Assembly (NCBI GenBank): GCA_030765235.1
Contig: JAVCCW010000010.1
Coordinates: 94,907-158,906 of the forward strand
Reading direction: 5' to 3'
Source: Candidatus Gorgyraea atricola
GTDB taxonomy: Bacteria; Omnitrophota; Gorgyraeia; Gorgyraeales; Gorgyraeaceae
Length of the DNA stretch: 64,000 bases
Position 1 is the first letter of the stretch. Each line of letters starts with the position of its first letter. The position numbers were made by a program, and so were the translations under genes. Under the pieces are notes generated by a model. The model made no database searches, had not been told where the DNA came from, and saw only the letters and a list, made by a program, of their open reading frames with translations. Shown piece after piece: positions 59,606 to 64,000 of this stretch.

Positions 59606-60760
59606 CTATTTTTTAGATGTCCTTTTGAATGTCTCAAGCGATGCAGCGCGGGCATGGGCTACTTCGCAAAAATAATCTACCGGCTTATCTAATTCTCCTG
59701 TCTCTAAATGAGCGTGTGCTGGACACCAGGTACAGAGATTGATGATAGGGCAGATCCGGCATTTCTTCAAAAAATCTTCTCTTTTTGAGCGTTTATCCCT
59801 CACCCGAAGGACAAAATTCCGATATGCTTCAAGTAATGTCCCATTCTTAAGGTCATAGACACAATCCGGATGCCAGAGCGAAGAGCAAAGTCGGAAAAAA
59901 CCGTCATAGCTTACCGCAAAACTGCCGTTGCCTGCGCCGCAATGAAAGAGATGATCACAGTTAGTGTGAGCAAAATCAGGGTCAATGAACTTGCCGCAAG
60001 ATTCTTCTAATGCCTTGAAACGTTCTGAGTCATTTTTTTCAATTGAAACTATCTCTTCAGGAAGAAGCCGCTCGGATCTTATTTCTTTATTTCTTCCTGT
60101 ATCACCGTCAAAACGAAGATGCAAAAACGGATCAAAACGGAAATAATCCTTGGTCTTTTGCCTGCAAAATTGAGAAATAACAGTTAATTCATGGATGTTT
60201 GAACGCAGGGCCATTGTCTTAAGGCGCACCTTGATCTTGTTTTTGAGCAGAAGATCTAAGCCTTTCATAAAAGCATTGAAGGAGCCTGGATTTCTGGTTA
60301 CCTTCTCATAGGTTCCTTTAGTCGCGCCGTATACTGTTACTTCAATGTTGCGCGGCGGGTACCTTTTGAAAAATTTAATGTGTCTTTCTGTTATCAATGT
60401 AGCGTTAGTAAAAACCGAGACTAAAAGGCCTTTTTTCTTGAGATGCAGATATATATCAAAAAAATCTTCCCTTAAAAGAGGTTCGCCTCCTGTAATCAGG
60501 CACCACAATGCTCCTAAATCAGCTGCCTCGTCAATGATATTCTTTATCTGCTGAAACTTGAGCTCTTTTGATTTCGCGCAAGAATCTCCTGCTGGTAAAT
60601 TTATATAGCAGTGTCTGCAATTATTGTTACAGCGCGCGGCAATCTCTAAGTCAAAAGAGATAAGCTGCCTATTATTCTTCATCTTGTTCCAAAGGGAAAA
60701 CCGAGGCAAGGAAACTCGGGACACAAAAGATCTTTTCATGATATCAAACTCTTGATCCAA
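59606..60760 (-). CDS. radical SAM/SPASM-domain peptide maturase (paralog 1)
   Basis: CNNNCRHC (Cx3Cx2C), GGEPLL, C-terminal Cys-rich SPASM region ..CRICPIINLCTWCPAHAH.. Confidence 0.85.
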   Translation of the reverse strand: MDQEFDIMKRSFVSRVSLPRFSLWNKMKNNRQLISFDLEIAARCNNNCRHCYINLPAGDSCAKSKELKFQQIKNIIDEAADLGALWCLITGGEPLLREDFFDIYLHLKKKGLLVSVFTNATLITERHIKFFKRYPPRNIEVTVYGATKGTYEKVTRNPGSFNAFMKGLDLLLKNKIKVRLKTMALRSNIHELTVISQFCRQKTKDYFRFDPFLHLRFDGDTGRNKEIRSERLLPEEIVSIEKNDSERFKALEESCGKFIDPDFAHTNCDHLFHCGAGNGSFAVSYDGFFRLCSSLWHPDCVYDLKNGTLLEAYRNFVLRVRDKRSKREDFLKKCRICPIINLCTWCPAHAHLETGELDKPVDYFCEVAHARAASLETFKRTSKK

Positions 60761-61224
60761 AAAATAAAAGATAATAATCTTGTCTTGCTCAAAAAAGCAA
60801 TTATAAACCGTTCCAGGCCAAAACCAAGTTGAGTTTTCCTGCCTGCCCTTTCTACTTTCGACACAACGCCTAAAATGTCCTTCATTGGAATCAAACCGTC
60901 AGTCTCAACAGAGTTATCTCCTTTTATAAGATAATAATCGCCTTTTTTACCTACTACTCTATGAATAACAAGCCTCCCTGTCTGAGCGTGGATAAAAGCT
61001 ACTGGCTTACCAAAACCTATTGGATGATCAAGCAGCGGGGAAATAGTAACTACATCGCCATTTTTAATAAACGGTGACATGCTAAAACCCATAGCCTTAA
61101 ACCTAAAAGGAATTCTCATGCCAGTGGCAGCTTGAAGCAATCCAGTCATTGCTTCCCCTGAAAGAGAAAGTTCTTCTTCAGGAACTACGCAATATCCTGC
61201 TTTAATCTCGCTTGACTTCAACAA
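60736..61224 (-). CDS. S24/S26-family serine peptidase (candidate leader peptidase)
   Basis: 162 aa; GFSMSPFIKNGDVVTI resembles the catalytic Ser region of signal peptidase I / LexA-like peptidases. Confidence 0.6.
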   Translation of the reverse strand: MLKSSEIKAGYCVVPEEELSLSGEAMTGLLQAATGMRIPFRFKAMGFSMSPFIKNGDVVTISPLLDHPIGFGKPVAFIHAQTGRLVIHRVVGKKGDYYLIKGDNSVETDGLIPMKDILGVVSKVERAGRKTQLGFGLERFIIAFLSKTRLLSFIFWIKSLIS

Positions 61225-61504
61225 GCATTCTCCTTTTGAGTAATTCTTCGACCAGCCCTAATACATCTTTTTCTATTTCTATCTTAGATGATTCAAATTC
61301 TGCCCCCAGATCATCCGCTAAATCTTTTAAGCTTTTTTTTCCATCTATCCTGCGCCAAATTGCCTGTCCGGTCTCATTGAGACTAAATATCGCATCTTCT
61401 AAATCCGCTACCCCTGAAGTTATGGGAATAATAATAAACTCTCCTTGTATCTCTCGCGCGACTATATCTTCAGACGGTTTATAAACACTTTCGATGTGGC
61501 CCAT
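61202..61504 (-). CDS. PqqD-family peptide chaperone (RiPP recognition element)
   Basis: 100 aa; ..LNETGQAIWRRIDGKKSLKDLADDLGAEF.. typical PqqD fold signature. Confidence 0.8.
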   Translation of the reverse strand: MGHIESVYKPSEDIVAREIQGEFIIIPITSGVADLEDAIFSLNETGQAIWRRIDGKKSLKDLADDLGAEFESSKIEIEKDVLGLVEELLKRRMLVEVKRD

Positions 61505-61525
61505 AAATACCTCCTTCGTTTTCGG

Positions 61526-62698
61526 TTATTTTGTAAATTTCCTGATCCGATCCTTCCCGTCCTTGATCTCCCATGCCATTTCACCTTCTTTTATCAGGCC
61601 CAGAAATCTTGCCTGAGCATGGGCAATTTCACAATAATATTCTACCGGCGTATCTAAGGTGCCGCTTTCTAAGCAGGATTTTGCAGGACATTGCGCGCAC
61701 AGGCCTTTTAAAAAACATTTAGCACAGCGATTTAAATAATCAGGATTGATAGCTTTTATCTCTCTTACTTTTGGAAAAAAATTAATCAGCGCATCTTTAA
61801 GAGAACCCTTTTTAAGATCATAGACTGTCTCCTTCTGTCTAAGCAACATACAGGGCTGAAACATACCATAAGCATCCACGCATCCGCTGGCACGGCCGGC
61901 CCCGCAGGAAAAAAGTCTATCACCAGATGGCCGCATAAATTTTGAGCAAAATTCTTTCATATTATTAAGGTATCTATTTTTTTGGCGGGTAAGAACTCTA
62001 AGTCCCTGCTCTGGCGTAACTCTGAGTTTTTTAATTGATTCATTTTTCCGACTATCATACCTGCGCCGCAGGTTAAAAAACATAGAATAAGGCGGCGATT
62101 TGCCTATCCATGGAATATTTTTAGCCCATTTCTCGAATTCATCGATTTCATCTTTGTTAGGCGGCAGTAACGAGCTTTTCACTATAAAAGGGGTCTTTTT
62201 CTCCAGTAGTAAATTTATGCCCCGCCAGGCCGCTTCAAATGAACCGGAAACCCTGGTTACGCCTTCATACGAGGCCTTTCTCATCCCGTAAACTGTAACC
62301 TCCACTTTTTCTAAGGGCGGGATATGACTCAATAGATCAGCTAATTTAGACGTAATCAAAGTGGCATTGGTAAAAAGCAATACCTTTAAACCAAGCTTCC
62401 TCGCGAAAACATATAATTCCTCAAAATCATCCCTTAAAAGCGGCTCCCCTCCTGTAAACCGTACTGTAAGGCAATCCAGAGAAACTGCTTCCTTGAGAAT
62501 ATTTTTTATCTGACTAGTAGATAACTCTTTATCTTTGGCATTCAAATCACCTTCCGGCAGATTTATGCAGCAGTGAATACAGTTATTATTACAGCGTTCG
62601 GTAAGTTCTATATCCAAACTACCTAAAACTGGCATGCTATTCTTCCACAATAAAGCTTTACTTGTTTCCTGTTTTTTAACGTAAAGACTGCTCTTCAT
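61526..62698 (-). CDS. radical SAM/SPASM-domain peptide maturase (paralog 2)
   Basis: CNNNCIHC, GGEPLL, SPASM Cys cluster ..CAKCFLKGLCAQCPAKS..; paralogous to 59606-60760. Confidence 0.85.
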   Translation of the reverse strand: MKSSLYVKKQETSKALLWKNSMPVLGSLDIELTERCNNNCIHCCINLPEGDLNAKDKELSTSQIKNILKEAVSLDCLTVRFTGGEPLLRDDFEELYVFARKLGLKVLLFTNATLITSKLADLLSHIPPLEKVEVTVYGMRKASYEGVTRVSGSFEAAWRGINLLLEKKTPFIVKSSLLPPNKDEIDEFEKWAKNIPWIGKSPPYSMFFNLRRRYDSRKNESIKKLRVTPEQGLRVLTRQKNRYLNNMKEFCSKFMRPSGDRLFSCGAGRASGCVDAYGMFQPCMLLRQKETVYDLKKGSLKDALINFFPKVREIKAINPDYLNRCAKCFLKGLCAQCPAKSCLESGTLDTPVEYYCEIAHAQARFLGLIKEGEMAWEIKDGKDRIRKFTK

Positions 62699-62721
62699 TT
62701 GCTTATAAATTCCTTACATGA

Positions 62722-62913
62722 CTAAGAAGTTACATTCCCATCACAGTCAGCACAAACTTCCGGCATCTTACAAACGCTGTATGCTGTGCCTGCGAAGATG
62801 CTACTCTCTTCATCCTTTTCCTTGCAAGCTATCAGAACACCCTCCTCTGGTTTGCCTCTCATCAGCACAATCAGTTTTGGTCTCTCCCATTTTTTCTTCG
62901 CTTCTCTCTTCAT
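62722..62913 (-). CDS. RiPP precursor peptide B (leader MKREAKKKWERPKLIVL..GKPEEGVL; 4-Cys core ending -VTS)
   Basis: GGAGG 5 nt upstream of ATG 62913 (ORF track starts 12 nt earlier at 62925); immediately upstream of the rSAM gene; paralog of the 62959-63150 peptide. Confidence 0.75.
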   Translation of the reverse strand: MKREAKKKWERPKLIVLMRGKPEEGVLIACKEKDEESSIFAGTAYSVCKMPEVCADCDGNVTS

Positions 62914-62958
62914 TTTTACCTCCAATAAGTGCTAATAGTAAGGGAACAAGAACTATGG

Positions 62959-63150
62959 TCACGACGTCACAAGGACGTCACACCTCAGGTTAGCGCATAG
63001 ATCCACTCTAAAACATGATGCAAACGCGTTATCAGGGCCGATCATGCCGGGAAAAGTCTTGCAGCTCTGCAACACCCACTCTTCAGGTTTCCCTTTGGTT
63101 AAAATAATCAGCTTCGGCTTTTCCCATTTTTTCTTAGCTTCTTTCTTCAT
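62959..63150 (-). CDS. RiPP precursor peptide A (leader MKKEAKKKWEKPKLIIL..GKPEEWVL; 4-Cys core ending -VTS)
   Basis: Conserved leader with peptide B at protein and DNA level; alternative upstream start at 63174. Confidence 0.75.
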   Translation of the reverse strand: MKKEAKKKWEKPKLIILTKGKPEEWVLQSCKTFPGMIGPDNAFASCFRVDLCANLRCDVLVTS

Positions 63151-63180
63151 CTTTACCGCTTCCTCTGCATCCAACCTGCT

Positions 63181-64000
63181 CTACATCTGCCTCAAGGCAT
63201 CCACTATTTCTCCGCTTTTGTCAAAACGTAGAACATAAACAGGGACTCTTGCGGCTAAATTATCTATAACCAACAATGTCTTCTCCCACCAATCTACAGT
63301 TACAAATGGCCTTATCAAACAAGATAAGAGTTTTCTCACTATCTCTTTCTTGTCCTCAATACGCAAAATTTTATTTTCCAATGACTTCTCCAGAAAGAAA
63401 ATAGCTTTCAGCGCAGCAGAATTACTTGAGATATCAGGTATATCGCCGTGACTCCACGTCCCATAGATCCTAAACTTGCCTGCTTTTCTTCTTACGATCA
63501 TCCTGTCATCGCAAAGTATCTCGGCTTTTCCTTTTAACATTGTTGCCATTGTAGACTTACCTGCTTCAGAGTGCCCGGCAAAAAGCAGGCCCTTGCCTTC
63601 AAAATTAACACCGCAGGAATGCAAATAGCAGCCTTCTCTATCAGCTAAAATTCTTGCAAAGAGTATCTGATCAGTAGGGAACATAGTCAGAGAGTGCAGA
63701 TTCCCTCTTAAGAACATTTCTTTCTTATCGTTATAGATCCTGGCCCTGGTATGGCCTGAGTTAAATGTCGCAACGCAATGTGGACTTTTTCTATTCCCAT
63801 CTGGATAAATAACCCCAGAATAAATCCATGAGCCGTTATTTTTATATATTGCCCAAGGGGACCTGCAGTAAACCTCTTCGCCAAAATTCCTGCCGTTTAA
63901 ATCCGGCAGAGAAAAATGATGCCGGATATAAATAGTATCTTCTCTATGTCCATCAACCTCAAATTTTTTGAATTTGGAATGGAATGTTTGCTCATTTATC
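63181..64000 (-). CDS. HPr-kinase-like P-loop kinase (open reading frame continues beyond right window edge)
   Basis: GHSEAGKST P-loop resembling the HprK C-domain GxSGxGKS; the frame stays open upstream of the first Met to the window end, so the N-terminus is probably outside the window. Confidence 0.65.
   Translation of the reverse strand, partial: INEQTFHSKFKKFEVDGHREDTIYIRHHFSLPDLNGRNFGEEVYCRSPWAIYKNNGSWIYSGVIYPDGNRKSPHCVATFNSGHTRARIYNDKKEMFLRGNLHSLTMFPTDQILFARILADREGCYLHSCGVNFEGKGLLFAGHSEAGKSTMATMLKGKAEILCDDRMIVRRKAGKFRIYGTWSHGDIPDISSNSAALKAIFFLEKSLENKILRIEDKKEIVRKLLSCLIRPFVTVDWWEKTLLVIDNLAARVPVYVLRFDKSGEIVDALRQM

Noticed and set aside
63181-64000. HPrK-like gene as genuine HPr kinase/phosphorylase of carbon catabolite repression
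   Set aside because: The context is a RiPP-type operon rather than a ptsH/lgt neighbourhood, and only the P-loop region is HprK-like. Kept as HprK-related kinase. This cannot be fully excluded without the N-terminus outside the window.

Overview
64 kb chromosomal segment of a low-GC bacterium with a Gram-negative-type envelope (TonB-dependent receptor, LpxL-like acyltransferase). Nearly all genes lie on the minus strand and are tightly packed housekeeping genes: ppdK (partial), glyQS, recO, ybeY, PgpH-like HD protein, aspS, hisS, HU, dnaE, a MoxR/DUF58/TgpA-like operon, groESL, lipAB, hisD, alaS, htrA, recA, cinA, pgsA/pgpA, rimO, rodZ, ftsK, uppP, pnp and rpsO. Three things stand out. First, a complete vitamin-B12 uptake locus (btuB-like receptor, TonB, BtuFCD-like ABC transporter, cobO) sits behind a cobalamin riboswitch that ends in a terminator hairpin. 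Second, the right end of the window (about 57.9-64.0 kb) carries what looks like an undescribed RiPP biosynthetic cluster. It has two tandem Cys-rich precursor peptides with a shared leader and identical C-terminal '-VTS', two paralogous radical-SAM/SPASM maturases, a PqqD-type RRE, an S24/S26-type peptidase, an ABC exporter and an HPr-kinase-like kinase. Third, the genome is heavily colonised by several families of short-word palindromic repeats in intergenic regions. They are built from 6-9 nt words such as 'gggatttgg', 'gttacgaagg', 'gtgtcaagt', 'cccgttagc' and 'agctgaaag'. Related GC-rich or perfect palindromes are also inserted in frame inside protein-coding genes (GT2, O-antigen ligase, rodZ; heptamer tracts in ftsK and cobO), much like Rickettsia palindromic elements. 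No rRNA, tRNA or CRISPR array was found.
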